In this document: in pieces, positions 9,585 through 20,790 of the stretch
How the letters are laid out: each line of letters begins with the position of its first letter
Position numbering within the stretch: the first letter of the stretch is position 1
From: Ferruginibacter sp.
GTDB lineage: Bacteria > Bacteroidota > Bacteroidia > Chitinophagales > Chitinophagaceae
Reading direction: 5' to 3'
DNA length: 64,000 bases
Assembly: GCA_043732685.1 (NCBI GenBank)
Contig: JAYTHI010000171.1
Location: 6,988-70,987, forward strand
Notes under the pieces: model-generated
Databases searched by the model: none
Told to the model about the DNA's origin: nothing
Seen by the model: only the letters and a program-made list of their open reading frames with translations
Position numbers and translations under genes: made by a program

Positions 9585-12455
9585 ATGAAACAGCGGTTAA
9601 AATATATTCAAATTTTATTTTTACTTGCTGCTACAATTTTATCCGCCGGCATTTTTGCTCAAACATCCTCCGCAACAAGGGATACCATTTTTAATGATTT
9701 TATTGCAACAGACAATCAAAAAACAGCAATAAAAAATGGTGATAGCGAAGTATTTATTTGTAGTTTTTTAAAAGCAGATAAAGAGTTATTTGTTAAAAAT
9801 TATGAACCTGAAATTAAAAGACAATTAAATGATACCACCTTTATAATATCATTAAAAAAAAAGAATATTTCTAAAGAGTTTGAACAAAAATTTAGTTGGA
9901 TAAAGAAGGCAAATTCATTGTGGAAATTATCACCTGACCTACTAATTCAATTAAAAAATCAATCCATACTATTTCCATTAGCTGTAATGCTATCCATTGA
10001 TACCACATCAGCTGACTGTCAAAATTTACGGAACAATTTTAATTTAAATAAAACAACTGTCAGTAATATTTTTATAGGTACAATTAAAAATTATTCAATA
10101 TTTAATACAATACTAAATAGTAGTTCTGTTCAATTTATTGGAGTTTTATCAAAGCATCCAAAGGAGGAACTTCAAATAAATGATCTTGATTTAAGTGTGA
10201 ATAAAATTAATGTATTACACAGCGATATGCCTGCCTTTAATGGAGAAAATATTACCATTTCAATAAAAGAAAATTTACCGGATACTACCGATATAGATTT
10301 TGGTACAAGATATATGTACAACCCTTTGGCAGCCATAAATTACGCTTCTCATGCCTCTATAATGGCTACCATGGCGGCGGGCGCTGGCAACAGCTATTAT
10401 TTGGGTAAGGGTGTGGCAAATGCTGCCACAATAACTTCATCAGATTTTAATAACTTATTGCCTGATGCAGACAGTAATTACAGGCAATTTCGGATAGCTG
10501 TGCAAAACCATTCTTATGGTGTGGGCATCGAAAATTTTTATGGTGCGGATGCAGCAGCCTATGATGCAAGTGCCCTCAAAAACGACTCGCTTTTATTTGT
10601 TTTTTCTGCCGGAAATTCAGGTAATTTATCGGCTACTTCGGGCATATATTCAGGCTTACCCAATCAGGCAAATATTACAGGTAGTTTTAAAATGGCAAAA
10701 AATATAATCACCGTTGGTGCAGTTGATTCTTTAAAGGTAGTAGCAAATAAAAGTAGTCGCGGGCCCGCTTTTGATGGTAGGGTAGCTCCTTGTATAGTGG
10801 CCTATGGGGAAGATGGAACATCGGGTGCTGCGGCGCTCGTAAGCGGTACTGCAGCTCTATTGCAGCAGGCATATAAAACGCTTCATAATAACCGGCTGCC
10901 ATCAAGTGCACTACTAAAAGCAATACTTGTCAATACTGCAGATGCCATTGGTAATACCAGTTTAAACTACAGTTCCGGCTATGGAAATTTAAATGCTTTT
11001 AAGGCAGTAAAAACGGTATTAACTTCTTCCTTTTTTGAAGGTTCTGTTATTGATGGCGTCTCAAAAAATTTTGAGATAGCTATACCGGCCAACATCGTCG
11101 GCGCTAAATTTACCCTGGTATGGAACGATGCTCCGGCTCAACCAAATACCTACAAGGCACTTGTAAATGATTTGGATATTACCTTAAAATTTGCCCAAAC
11201 AAACCAAACCTGGTTGCCATGGGTGCTCAATAGTTTTGCTAACACTGATTCTTTGGCAGCATTGCCTTTACGCAAAAGAGACAGTCTTAATAATATAGAA
11301 CAAATTACTTTAAACAATCCGGTTGCTGGAAATTATCAACTATCCATAAATGGGTTTAATATACCTGCCGGCAACCAACATTTTTATATTGCCTACCAGT
11401 TTGATACTATTAATAATTTTAAATTTAATTTCCCCGCTTCTGCTGATAATATTTTTAAGGACGCAACAAATATTATACGATGGGAATCCAATATTATAAC
11501 AGATTCCTCTAAATTGTTTTATAGCCTTAACAAGGGCAATAGCTGGCAAATAATTGATACTTTTATCAACCTGCATAAGGAATATTTTTACTGGAATGCC
11601 CCTGACACCAATTCCATGGCGTTACTTAAAATGCAGGCAGGATCGAAAGATTTTTTAAGCGAACCTTTTACCATCAGTAGTAAATTAAATTTAAAAGTAG
11701 GTTTCAATTGCCAGGATTCCGTATTATTATATTGGGAAAAATTACCAGGCGTTTTAAAGTATAGATTATTTAGCCTGCAGGGAAAAAATCTGCAACCAGT
11801 AATTGATTTAACAGATACTTTTTTTGTTTTTAAAAAACTATATAATCCGTATCTGCAATTTGCAGTGGCCCCTTTATTTGATGGCCATGAAGGTGTTAAA
11901 AGTTACACCACCAACTATACCCAACAGGGTGTGGATTGTTATGTAAGTAATTTTATTGGTGACCTGAAAGCTGATACTTTGGCCTACCTGCAGCTCCGTT
12001 TAGGAACCAACTATTTCATAAAAACAATTGTATTTGAAAAATTAAAGCAGGGTATTTTTATTGCTTTGAACGAACCTTATTTTAATAATGCATTGCAGGT
12101 TGCTGCAACAGATAGTGTTTTACAAGATGGCATAAATACTTACAGGGCGCATATTATTTTACAAGACGGAAGAGATATCTATAGCCATATTACCAGCATA
12201 TTTTATTTTAAAAATTCAACTATTTCAATATTCCCAAATCCTGTTGTTCAAAATAGTTATGTAACCATACAATTAAAACAATTGGATAATCATTTAATAT
12301 CGATAACAAATGTTTTGGGCCAAACAGTATACCAAAAGGAAGCTTTCGGCAGTAACGTAAAAATTTTGTTTAACTTTTTAAAAGGATTATATTTTATAAC
12401 TGTGACAAACCTGGAAAAATCAGCAAAGACATTTTTTAAAATAATAATTTTTTAA
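9585..12455 (+). CDS. S8 (subtilisin-like) serine peptidase with C-terminal T9SS sorting domain
   Basis: Signal peptide; SHASIMA (His), FSAGNSG (oxyanion Asn), GTSGAAA (Ser); C-terminal IFPNP...G.Y.I..I T9SS-type tail. Confidence 0.9.
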   Translation: MKQRLKYIQILFLLAATILSAGIFAQTSSATRDTIFNDFIATDNQKTAIKNGDSEVFICSFLKADKELFVKNYEPEIKRQLNDTTFIISLKKKNISKEFEQKFSWIKKANSLWKLSPDLLIQLKNQSILFPLAVMLSIDTTSADCQNLRNNFNLNKTTVSNIFIGTIKNYSIFNTILNSSSVQFIGVLSKHPKEELQINDLDLSVNKINVLHSDMPAFNGENITISIKENLPDTTDIDFGTRYMYNPLAAINYASHASIMATMAAGAGNSYYLGKGVANAATITSSDFNNLLPDADSNYRQFRIAVQNHSYGVGIENFYGADAAAYDASALKNDSLLFVFSAGNSGNLSATSGIYSGLPNQANITGSFKMAKNIITVGAVDSLKVVANKSSRGPAFDGRVAPCIVAYGEDGTSGAAALVSGTAALLQQAYKTLHNNRLPSSALLKAILVNTADAIGNTSLNYSSGYGNLNAFKAVKTVLTSSFFEGSVIDGVSKNFEIAIPANIVGAKFTLVWNDAPAQPNTYKALVNDLDITLKFAQTNQTWLPWVLNSFANTDSLAALPLRKRDSLNNIEQITLNNPVAGNYQLSINGFNIPAGNQHFYIAYQFDTINNFKFNFPASADNIFKDATNIIRWESNIITDSSKLFYSLNKGNSWQIIDTFINLHKEYFYWNAPDTNSMALLKMQAGSKDFLSEPFTISSKLNLKVGFNCQDSVLLYWEKLPGVLKYRLFSLQGKNLQPVIDLTDTFFVFKKLYNPYLQFAVAPLFDGHEGVKSYTTNYTQQGVDCYVSNFIGDLKADTLAYLQLRLGTNYFIKTIVFEKLKQGIFIALNEPYFNNALQVAATDSVLQDGINTYRAHIILQDGRDIYSHITSIFYFKNSTISIFPNPVVQNSYVTIQLKQLDNHLISITNVLGQTVYQKEAFGSNVKILFNFLKGLYFITVTNLEKSAKTFFKIIIF

Positions 12456-12549
12456 TTATTTAATTTAAAAAACTTTGATACTTAGAATTTTATCAAAATA
12501 TTTCGTTAATTTTCATGTAGATAAAATATTTTATATAAAATTATTATTT

Positions 12550-13380
12550 ATGAAAAAAACACTATTCCATTTTATTGTATTAGCCTCATTAGCCATCACT
12601 GTAAATTCTTGTAAAAAAACAGCTGTAACCCAACCAGGTGATGATGGTATATCAGCCGAAACAAAAGCAAAAATTAGTAACCTGGGTTTTGGTACCAGTA
12701 ATGTACAAAAAACGGAAGATGGATATTTAGTAGAAGGCGATATTAATTTAACAGATGCCTTATTAAATAGTACGCCAACATCGCAGTTTTTAAGGGTAGG
12801 CAACGCAGAGCAATACCGAACTACCAATTTGGTAACTGTAGGTACAGGTAAGGTGTTTACCATTTTAGTTAGTAATTTAGGAACAGCTTTTATACAAGGT
12901 ACAGATACTGCAATTGCCCGTTACAATAGTTTGGGATTAAGATTCTCTTTTACAAGAATTACCAGTGGTACACCGGATATAACTATTTTAGGTTTTAATC
13001 AAAAGGCAAAAGGTGGTTATATTACCTTAGGTTCCTCTGGTTTTCCAACATCTACCGGAGCTCCTTATAATACAATTAAAATGAATACCAATACTGCTGC
13101 TTACGGCACCAGTCCGGATGTTATGTATGTTGGTAGCGTGCTTCAGCACGAGCTTGGTCATTGTTTTGGAATGCGCCATACAGATTATTTTGATAGAAGT
13201 ATCAGCTGCGGCGGCACCGCAACAAATGAAGGCGCATCAACCATTGGCGCAATACTAATACCAGGAACACCATCCGGTGCTACGCTTGCAGCCGGCAGCT
13301 GGATGCTCGCCTGCAGTAATGGCGGCAATCGTTCTTTTAATCCAGATGATGTTATCGGGCTGGATTATTTATATAAATAA
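12550..13380 (+). CDS. M57 family zinc metalloprotease, lipoprotein
   Basis: Lipobox ending ITVNSC; YLVEGDI; EQYRTTNLV; HELGHCFGMRH (HExxHxxGxxH). Start placed at MKKTLF (12550) rather than the TTG at 12475. Confidence 0.88.
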   Translation: MKKTLFHFIVLASLAITVNSCKKTAVTQPGDDGISAETKAKISNLGFGTSNVQKTEDGYLVEGDINLTDALLNSTPTSQFLRVGNAEQYRTTNLVTVGTGKVFTILVSNLGTAFIQGTDTAIARYNSLGLRFSFTRITSGTPDITILGFNQKAKGGYITLGSSGFPTSTGAPYNTIKMNTNTAAYGTSPDVMYVGSVLQHELGHCFGMRHTDYFDRSISCGGTATNEGASTIGAILIPGTPSGATLAAGSWMLACSNGGNRSFNPDDVIGLDYLYK

Positions 13381-13397
13381 ATTATAGACTTTAAAAT

Positions 13398-13436
13398 ATA
13401 AAAAGGGCTTTTCAAAAACTGAAAAGCCCTTTTTAT
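13398..13436. terminator. Bidirectional intrinsic terminator between the M57 gene and birA
   Basis: 17-bp perfect stem ATAAAAAGGGCTTTTCA / TGAAAAGCCCTTTTTAT with A/T tracts, between convergent genes. Confidence 0.85.
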
Positions 13437-13595
13437 TGTAGCGATAATTACCAGGAAGCTATTCGGTTAAAAAGCCTATTGCTATTATCCCCTATTTTTA
13501 AATTATGTAAAGATTTAATTTCTAGTAAATAATCTTTAAGACTTCTTTTCAAAATAATTGTACAACTAAAAATATTGCTACAGAATTTGCAATTT

Positions 13596-14378
13596 TTATA
13601 AGATCCATTGTACGTCGCCAAAATTAAAATAATGCTCTACAGCATCAGCTGTATACAATTCACCAGTATCAGTTACCAATTTAACAGTTGTTTCAAAAAC
13701 AATATTTCCTTTCTTTAATTTAACCTTACAATCTCTTTTATACAGATGCTGGTTGTATTGCTCTAATATTGCCCCAAAGGAATTCGTTGATAAATTTTCT
13801 ATTTTACTCAATACTTTAAAGTGAAGTTCCTTAGCTAAAAGCACTACATCATACTCCATACCGGTAATTTGTTTTAAAGAAACAATATTTTTAAGGGCAG
13901 TATCAAATAAAATTTGATTAATATTTATTCCAATACCAACAATCGCAAATTTCCACACAGAACCGGCATCTTGCTGCAGATTTCCATTTGATCCATTAAA
14001 GTTGCTTCCAATTACATTTTCAATCAAAATACCCCCTGCCTTTCTGTCATTCCAAAAAATATCATTTGGCCATTTTATTGTTGTTCCGGTTCCGGCATAG
14101 GCACTAAAAAATTCATAGCAAGCCAAGGCTACTGCTGCCGATAATTTAAATTGATCCCTAATTAATAGCGGGCTTGGTTGGGTTACAATACTCAGGGCAA
14201 TATTTTGTCCGTTGCCCGTATGCCAATTCTTACCCCTTTGCCCTTTACCTTCTGTTTGATTAGCACAATAGTACGCATTACCGTGCTTAGCCAAACCTGC
14301 ATGAACTTTTGCCATGGCATAGTTGTTGGTACTACCAACGGAATCTAAAATGGTAAATAATGGTGGAGTTACAGGCAT
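13596..14378 (-). CDS. birA: Biotin--[acetyl-CoA-carboxylase] ligase (no HTH domain)
   Basis: STNNYA, QTEGKGQRG, KWPNDI, KAGGILIE, GIGININQ motifs. Confidence 0.96.
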   Translation of the reverse strand: MPVTPPLFTILDSVGSTNNYAMAKVHAGLAKHGNAYYCANQTEGKGQRGKNWHTGNGQNIALSIVTQPSPLLIRDQFKLSAAVALACYEFFSAYAGTGTTIKWPNDIFWNDRKAGGILIENVIGSNFNGSNGNLQQDAGSVWKFAIVGIGININQILFDTALKNIVSLKQITGMEYDVVLLAKELHFKVLSKIENLSTNSFGAILEQYNQHLYKRDCKVKLKKGNIVFETTVKLVTDTGELYTADAVEHYFNFGDVQWIL

Positions 14379-14534
14379 AAATGTATCGATTGATAAAGAA
14401 ATAGTACTTTTGACGTCAATTTACAAGCCTAAGTTCGGCAATAATAAAATAAAATATTATTATGTTCGTCTTAGTCCTTGATAAATAAATACATGGATGC
14501 TCCATCAACACAGTAAATTAAAATAGTATATAAT

Positions 14535-14939
14535 TTGAACAACCTTACATTATTGGCCAACCGAAAGAAAAGTTCCATCACCCGGTTAACAAAAAACAGT
14601 AAAATTTTTAAAGCAATCATCAGCGCTATACAGGAAAAAAAAGGCGAAAATATTATAAGTCTTGATCTGCGTAAAATACCCGAAGCCGTAGCAGATTTTT
14701 TTATTATTTGTGAAGCAAGTAATACAACACAATTGAAAGCGATAGCCGATTTTATTGAAGTAGATGTTAAAGCAAAATGTGATGAACCTCCTTACAAACA
14801 CGAAGGAAAACAAGCACAACAATGGATACTGATAGATTACGTAAATGTTGTAGTGCACGTTATGTTGCCTGAGCCACGCAAATTTTACAGATTGGAAGAA
14901 ATGTGGAGTGATGCATCTGTAACTGAACACAACGATTAA
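14535..14939 (+). CDS. rsfS: Ribosome silencing factor
   Basis: EKKGENIISLDLR, ADFFIICEA, WILIDYVNVVVHVM, FYRLEEMW. Confidence 0.96.
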   Translation: MNNLTLLANRKKSSITRLTKNSKIFKAIISAIQEKKGENIISLDLRKIPEAVADFFIICEASNTTQLKAIADFIEVDVKAKCDEPPYKHEGKQAQQWILIDYVNVVVHVMLPEPRKFYRLEEMWSDASVTEHND

Positions 14940-14997
14940 AATCAATAACAAGCTACCGGCAATTGGTAGCCATCAACAAATATTGCAAGCAAGCATT

Positions 14998-17070
14998 ATG
15001 GCAGACGACAAAAAAATTGTTCCAAAACGGAAATTCAACCCTGACAATATTCCTCCAATTGGTGACGATAATCAACCAAAAAATAAAAATCGGTTTAACA
15101 TCTACTGGGTTTACGGACTCGTTTTTGCCGGTATCATTGCCTACAATATGTACAGAAATGTAGGTACAGCAGGTTTTGAAACCAACCAGATCAAGTTTAC
15201 AGAACTGGTAAAACAAGGTGATGTTGAAAGTATAAAAACTATCCGTAATAAAAAGATAGTTAGGGTATTTATTAAAAAAGATAGCCTCGATAAAAAGCAG
15301 GATGCGTATAAGAATCTTATGGGCAAACAGTTTGATATCATCAGCAAGGCTGCTGGTCCGCAATTATTTTTCCCTATTGTAGATGAAAAAACTTTTGCAC
15401 TTCAAATGCAGGATTTTTACAAAAAATATCCGGAAGTGCAGGAGGTTCCAGATTCTCCGGATGATGAAGGGGAATTATTTGGGCAGATTATTACTACACT
15501 TTTACCTATTTTATTAATAGGACTATTGTTTGTAATGATGATGCGTAAAGTTGGAGGTCCGGGTGGTGGAAGTGGTGGACCCGGCGGCATATTCAATATC
15601 GGAAAATCTAAAGCAACACTTTTTGATAAAGCATCCAGGGTAAACATCAATTTTGGTGATGTAGCCGGTTTGGATGAAGCAAAAGTTGAGGTAATGGAGA
15701 TAGTGGATTTCTTAAAAAATCCTAAAAAGTATACTGCGCTTGGTGGTAAAATACCAAAAGGTGCCTTATTGATCGGTCCTCCGGGAACGGGTAAAACTTT
15801 GCTAGCCAAAGCTGTTGCCGGCGAAGCCCAGGTACCTTTCTTTAGTTTAAGTGGTAGTGATTTTGTAGAGATGTTTGTAGGCGTAGGTGCCAGCAGGGTT
15901 AGAGATTTATTTAAACAAGCCCGTGAAAAAGCTCCCTGTATTATTTTTATTGATGAGATTGATGCTATCGGCAGGGCGCGTGGAAAAAATATGATGATGA
16001 GTAACGATGAAAGGGAAAATACCCTGAATCAGTTATTGGTAGAAATGGATGGTTTTGGAACAGATCTGGGAATTATTATCTTAGCGGCTACAAACCGTCC
16101 GGATGTATTGGATAGTGCGTTATTAAGACCAGGTCGTTTTGATAGACAAATAACCATCGACAAACCAGATATGGTAGGTAGAGAAGCCATCTTTAAAGTG
16201 CATCTTGAACCCATAAAAATTTCTACAACACTCGATATTTATAAATTAGCCGAACAAACGCCCGGTTTTGCCGGTGCAGATATTGCCAATGTTTGTAACG
16301 AAGCTGCTTTAATAGCTGCCCGTAAAAACAAGGCTGCAGTTGATATGAGCGATTTTCAAGATGCTATCGATAGGGTTATTGGTGGATTGGAGAAAAAGAA
16401 TAAGATAATTTCTCCTGAAGAAAAAGAAATCATTGCTTATCACGAAGCTGGTCACGCAATTTGCGGATGGTATCTTGAGCATGCATATCCATTATTAAAA
16501 GTAACGGTGGTACCAAGGGGTTCAGCGGCCCTGGGATATGCTCAATACACGCCAAAAGAGCAATACTTATACAATACCGATCAATTAATGGATCAAATTT
16601 GTATGACACTTGGCGGAAGGGCAAGTGAAGATATTTTCTTTGGTAAAATAAGCACAGGTGCAAGTAATGACCTGCAACAAATAACAAAGATCGCCTACAG
16701 TATGATAACCGTATATGGTATGAATGATAAGGTAGGAAATATCAGTTATTACGATCCTAACCAGGAAAATACTTTTACCAAACCTTTTAGCGAAGAAACA
16801 GGTAAAATGATTGATGAAGAAGTCAGGCTTTTAATTGCAAGGGCTTACATCAGAACAAAGGAATTATTGACGCAAAAGAAAGGTGATGTTGAATTACTGG
16901 CTAAAGAATTACTTAGAAAAGAAGTATTGTTTAAAAGTGATGTTGAAACATTGATAGGCAAAAGACCTTTTGAGGAAAAAAAGGCCCTGGATATTGAGCC
17001 AAAAGATATTGTTACTACTGAACCTGACAGTGCTTTTCCGGAAGAATTAAAAAATCCGCCACAAATATAA
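14998..17070 (+). CDS. ftsH: ATP-dependent zinc metalloprotease FtsH
   Basis: Two TM segments, Walker A GPPGTGKT, Walker [17 protein letters not shown] zinc motif. Start placed at the ATG at 14998. Confidence 0.99.
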   Translation: MADDKKIVPKRKFNPDNIPPIGDDNQPKNKNRFNIYWVYGLVFAGIIAYNMYRNVGTAGFETNQIKFTELVKQGDVESIKTIRNKKIVRVFIKKDSLDKKQDAYKNLMGKQFDIISKAAGPQLFFPIVDEKTFALQMQDFYKKYPEVQEVPDSPDDEGELFGQIITTLLPILLIGLLFVMMMRKVGGPGGGSGGPGGIFNIGKSKATLFDKASRVNINFGDVAGLDEAKVEVMEIVDFLKNPKKYTALGGKIPKGALLIGPPGTGKTLLAKAVAGEAQVPFFSLSGSDFVEMFVGVGASRVRDLFKQAREKAPCIIFIDEIDAIGRARGKNMMMSNDERENTLNQLLVEMDGFGTDLGIIILAATNRPDVLDSALLRPGRFDRQITIDKPDMVGREAIFKVHLEPIKISTTLDIYKLAEQTPGFAGADIANVCNEAALIAARKNKAAVDMSDFQDAIDRVIGGLEKKNKIISPEEKEIIAYHEAGHAICGWYLEHAYPLLKVTVVPRGSAALGYAQYTPKEQYLYNTDQLMDQICMTLGGRASEDIFFGKISTGASNDLQQITKIAYSMITVYGMNDKVGNISYYDPNQENTFTKPFSEETGKMIDEEVRLLIARAYIRTKELLTQKKGDVELLAKELLRKEVLFKSDVETLIGKRPFEEKKALDIEPKDIVTTEPDSAFPEELKNPPQI

Positions 17071-17071
17071 T

Positions 17072-17692
17072 ATGGTTCCCTCTTCGTCAAAAGAAAATAT
17101 ATTAAATAAAATTCGGCAGGCACTGGTTCAACCAGTGCCTTTGCCTTTTCCGGATATTGATGCTGAAGTTACCATTTTTGAACCGCCCGCTGCAGCACTT
17201 GATATTATTTTTGCAGAGACCTTTATTGCCTTGCAGGGAAGGTTTATCTATTGCGAAAACGAGCAGGATATGCAACTAAAGCTGCAGCAATTGATAAGTA
17301 AAAGGGTGTGGATGAAAATTTATTGCGAGCACAATAAATGGAACCCCATATTCAGCAATACCATCAATCTTGAAAGTTGCGACGCAGCAGTTACCGATTG
17401 CGAATACCTTGTAGCCCGCACCGGCAGCATTGTTTTAAGCGCAGCGCAACAAAGTGGCCGCACAGTTAGCGTTTACACCCCCATCCATATTTGCATTGCC
17501 TATACCAACCAGCTTGTGTACGATATTAAAGACGCATTGGAAGCTATCAGGATAAAATATGCAGACAATATACCGTCATTAATTAGCTTTGCCAGTGGCC
17601 CGAGCCGAACTGCAGATATAGAAAAAACCCTGGTTACAGGTGTACATGGCCCAAAAGAAGTATATTTATTTTTGGTAGATAAAACAGCCTAA
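17072..17692 (+). CDS. LUD domain protein (LutC/YkgG-like)
   Basis: LVARTGSIV, ISFASGPSRTADIEKTLVTGVHGP signature. Confidence 0.92.
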   Translation: MVPSSSKENILNKIRQALVQPVPLPFPDIDAEVTIFEPPAAALDIIFAETFIALQGRFIYCENEQDMQLKLQQLISKRVWMKIYCEHNKWNPIFSNTINLESCDAAVTDCEYLVARTGSIVLSAAQQSGRTVSVYTPIHICIAYTNQLVYDIKDALEAIRIKYADNIPSLISFASGPSRTADIEKTLVTGVHGPKEVYLFLVDKTA

Positions 17693-17719
17693 GACTTACT
17701 AATTGTATCAATTACTATA

Positions 17720-18478
17720 ATGAACCTTGCTCCAAATAAAAATATTTATTTCCTATCTGATTTTCACCTCGGCTCCCCAACCCCGGAAGCCAGCCTTGAA
17801 CGGGAAAAAAGAATCGTGCGTTTTTTAGATTCCATTAAAAATATTGCAGCACAGATTTTTATCGTTGGTGACATGTTTGATTTTTGGTTTGAATATAATC
17901 ATGTTGTACCCCGTGGTTACGTGCGCCTGTTGGGTAAACTGGCCGAACTTACAGATGCCGGAATTAAAATACATTTTTTTGTTGGTAACCACGATATGTG
18001 GATGCGTACTTATTTTCAGGAAGAATTAAATGTGCAGGTTTATTTTAATCCTGAACGTTTTGAGTTTAATGGCAAAAAGTTTTTAGTTGGTCATGGCGAT
18101 GGACAAGGTCCGGGCGATCATGGTTATAAATTTTTAAAAATGATCTTTCGAAATTCCGTTTGTCAATGGATTTTTGGTATTATTCCACCAGGCATTGGGT
18201 TAGGACTTGCAAATTATTTTTCGGGTCAAAGCCGCAAAGTGGCAGCTAAAAAGCCGGAACCATTTTTAGGTGCAGCAGGCGAATACCTGATTATTTACAG
18301 CAACGAAATTTTATTAAAAGAGCATATTGATTATTTTATTTTTGGTCACCGGCATTTGCCGGTTGATTTTACATTAAAAGAAAATAGCCACTACATTAAT
18401 TTAGGCGAATGGATAAGTTATGATAGCTATGCCGTTTTTGATGGCGAAATCACCAGCTTAAAATATTTTGAAAAATGA
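17720..18478 (+). CDS. lpxH: UDP-2,3-diacylglucosamine diphosphatase
   Basis: Metallophosphoesterase motifs SDFHLG, GDMFD, GNHD, HGD, GHRH. Confidence 0.9.
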   Translation: MNLAPNKNIYFLSDFHLGSPTPEASLEREKRIVRFLDSIKNIAAQIFIVGDMFDFWFEYNHVVPRGYVRLLGKLAELTDAGIKIHFFVGNHDMWMRTYFQEELNVQVYFNPERFEFNGKKFLVGHGDGQGPGDHGYKFLKMIFRNSVCQWIFGIIPPGIGLGLANYFSGQSRKVAAKKPEPFLGAAGEYLIIYSNEILLKEHIDYFIFGHRHLPVDFTLKENSHYINLGEWISYDSYAVFDGEITSLKYFEK

Positions 18479-19290
18479 AAGCCTGCTTAAATATTTCCAT
18501 CTTTTTTTGTAGCCTGCTTATTTTCACAATGAATGTTATCGGGCAAGATTCTTCCTTTGTTTTAAGTAAGACAATACCCGGCAACTTTACCGCTTTCACC
18601 ATTGATAATTTGGATGATATTTATTTAATTAACACTGCCGACCAGATAAAAAAATTAAGTCCAAATGGCGATACTTCAATTTTTAACGAGGTACGCAAAT
18701 ATGGAAAACTGTTTTCTATAGATGCTACCAATCCCTTAAAAATTTTATTGTACTATAAGGATTTTGCAACTATTGTTGTGCTGGATCGATACCTTACCAT
18801 TCGCAACACCATTAACCTGCGCAAACAAAATATATTTAAAGTAAAAGCTATAGCGCCCAGTTACGATAACAATGTCTGGATATTTGATGAAGGCGATGCC
18901 AAACTAAAAAAGATTGATGACAACGGAAATGTAATTTTAGAAACTATAGATTTCAGAAATATTTTTGATACCATTCCCTCCCCTACTCAAATTGTAGACC
19001 GCGATGGCTTTGTTTATTTGTACGATACTTCAAAGGGCTTTTATAGTTTTGATTATTACGGCAGTTTAAAGACCAGACTTCCTTTTTTATATTGGAACAA
19101 TATAGAAGTTATTGCAAACACTTTATATGGTTTTAGCGATACAGCCCTTTACCAATATAAAATGAGGTCTTTAAATTTAAAAGAATTTAAACTGCCCCAA
19201 TCTTTCAGCACTGCACTTCAAATTAAAGCAGGTAATAGTAAAGTATATGTTTTACAAAAAGAAGGGCTGCAGCAATTTATTGTACAATAA
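18475..19290 (+). CDS. Conserved hypothetical exported protein (beta-propeller-like repeats)
   Basis: 271-aa ORF whose start overlaps the lpxH stop (ATGA); signal peptide; repeated short beta-strand motifs. Confidence 0.75.
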   Translation: MKACLNISIFFCSLLIFTMNVIGQDSSFVLSKTIPGNFTAFTIDNLDDIYLINTADQIKKLSPNGDTSIFNEVRKYGKLFSIDATNPLKILLYYKDFATIVVLDRYLTIRNTINLRKQNIFKVKAIAPSYDNNVWIFDEGDAKLKKIDDNGNVILETIDFRNIFDTIPSPTQIVDRDGFVYLYDTSKGFYSFDYYGSLKTRLPFLYWNNIEVIANTLYGFSDTALYQYKMRSLNLKEFKLPQSFSTALQIKAGNSKVYVLQKEGLQQFIVQ

Positions 19291-19475
19291 CATACCATGA
19301 TTTTTATTTGGGATCTGATAAAGGTATTTTTTCAGGAAGACAGCAGACCATTTTTAATAAACTTTACCAGCAGGAAGAAATTAGAGGTTAACCTTATCAG
19401 GAAATAATTGTAAAAAATAATCCTACTTTTAATGTACCGGCATGGTATTATAATTCGCAGTTTAATATTTAATTC

Positions 19476-20576
19476 ATGAATTTTTTAGATCAGATTTATT
19501 TTAACAATAGCCTCAGAAATTATAGCATTGTTGGTGGTACAATTTTACTGGTGTTGTTTTTAAAACGATATTTATCACGCTACCTGGTATCCTTATTTTT
19601 TTTGCTGATAAAAAGAATTTGGAAAGGCATCAGTAAAGAAAGCTTCATTAATTTGGTAGCAGGTCCATTCGAATTATTTTTAGTTATATTTATTTCCGTA
19701 TTTGCCATTGATAAACTTAACTACCCCAAGCTATTTTTATTTACCATTTACGGGCATACCACAGTTGACATCCTAACCAGGACAGGAACAGGCATTATTA
19801 TCTGTACTTTTATTTGGCTGGTACTGCGTCTTATGGATTTTATAGCCCTGGTGCTGGAAGAAAAGGCTACCACTACCGATGACCCGAGAGACAACCAGCT
19901 GATTGTTTTTTTAAGAGATTTCTTAAAAGTAATTGTCGGTATTATTGGCGTGCTATTAATTATAAAAGCCTGCTTTAACCAGCCCCTCGGTAATTTATTA
20001 ACGGGTCTTAGTCTGGTTGGTGCGGCCCTGGCACTAGGTGCCAAAGAAAGTCTGGAGAATTTAATTGCCTCTTTCATCATCTTTTTCGACAAACCATTTT
20101 TTGCAGGCGATGTAGTAAAAGTAAATAACATCACCGGAAAAGTAATCCGCATAGGGTTAAGAAGTACGCGCATACAAACTGCCGATAAAACTTTGGTAAC
20201 GATGCCCAACAAACAGATGGTTGATAGTATTGTAGACAACTGGAGCATGCGTACCCAACGCCGGGCTGAGATAACTTTAGAGCTATCTGTTAAAACACCC
20301 CTCCTTAAAATTGAAAACTTAATTACCGCCATAAAATTAATATTAGAGGTTAAAAAAGATATCCAGCCACCCTATTCGGTTGTATTAAGAGACCTCAGTA
20401 AAAATGGCATCAGCATTGTTACCGAATATTTTACACCGGCAATTGCACTTAACGATTTTGATGCCCTTAAACAAACAATTAATTTGGAGATAAAAAAATT
20501 ACTGGAAGATGGTAAGGTAGAATTTGTGGGAGAGGCCAGTGGGATTGTTATTAATAATTTAGGGAGGGAGATTTAA
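19476..20576 (+). CDS. mscS: Small-conductance mechanosensitive channel family protein
   Basis: Several TM helices followed by NLIASFIIFFDKPF..GD, IGLRSTRI..DKTLVTMPN. Confidence 0.93.
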   Translation: MNFLDQIYFNNSLRNYSIVGGTILLVLFLKRYLSRYLVSLFFLLIKRIWKGISKESFINLVAGPFELFLVIFISVFAIDKLNYPKLFLFTIYGHTTVDILTRTGTGIIICTFIWLVLRLMDFIALVLEEKATTTDDPRDNQLIVFLRDFLKVIVGIIGVLLIIKACFNQPLGNLLTGLSLVGAALALGAKESLENLIASFIIFFDKPFFAGDVVKVNNITGKVIRIGLRSTRIQTADKTLVTMPNKQMVDSIVDNWSMRTQRRAEITLELSVKTPLLKIENLITAIKLILEVKKDIQPPYSVVLRDLSKNGISIVTEYFTPAIALNDFDALKQTINLEIKKLLEDGKVEFVGEASGIVINNLGREI

Positions 20577-20644
20577 GGGCCAAGATACTAAAGATCGCTT
20601 ATGCCAGGTTAACCAGCCCATGCTTATGTTTTAAACCGCCTGTA

Positions 20645-20696
20645 GTGCTTAAAAATATCGGGCTGACGCCTTCGTCTGACCGATATTTTTAAGCAC
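20645..20696. repeat. REP-like palindrome (unit 0)
   Basis: Perfect 17-bp arms GTGCTTAAAAATATCGG / CCGATATTTTTAAGCAC around GCTGACGCCTTCGTCTGA; its core is the reverse complement of the cores in the downstream tandem repeat. Confidence 0.85.
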
Positions 20697-20790
20697 GGTA
20701 AATAATTTTACACTCAAATATTAAACATGTAATATACCCATTCAACAAGAAACAATTTTATTAACGGGATATACTAAATGTCTAATTTAC

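Noticed and set aside
19748-20332. 194-aa antisense ORF, and the many other 60-130 aa ORFs nested in long genes
   Set aside because: They lie fully within well-supported genes on the opposite strand or in another frame, have no recognisable motifs, and are expected by chance.
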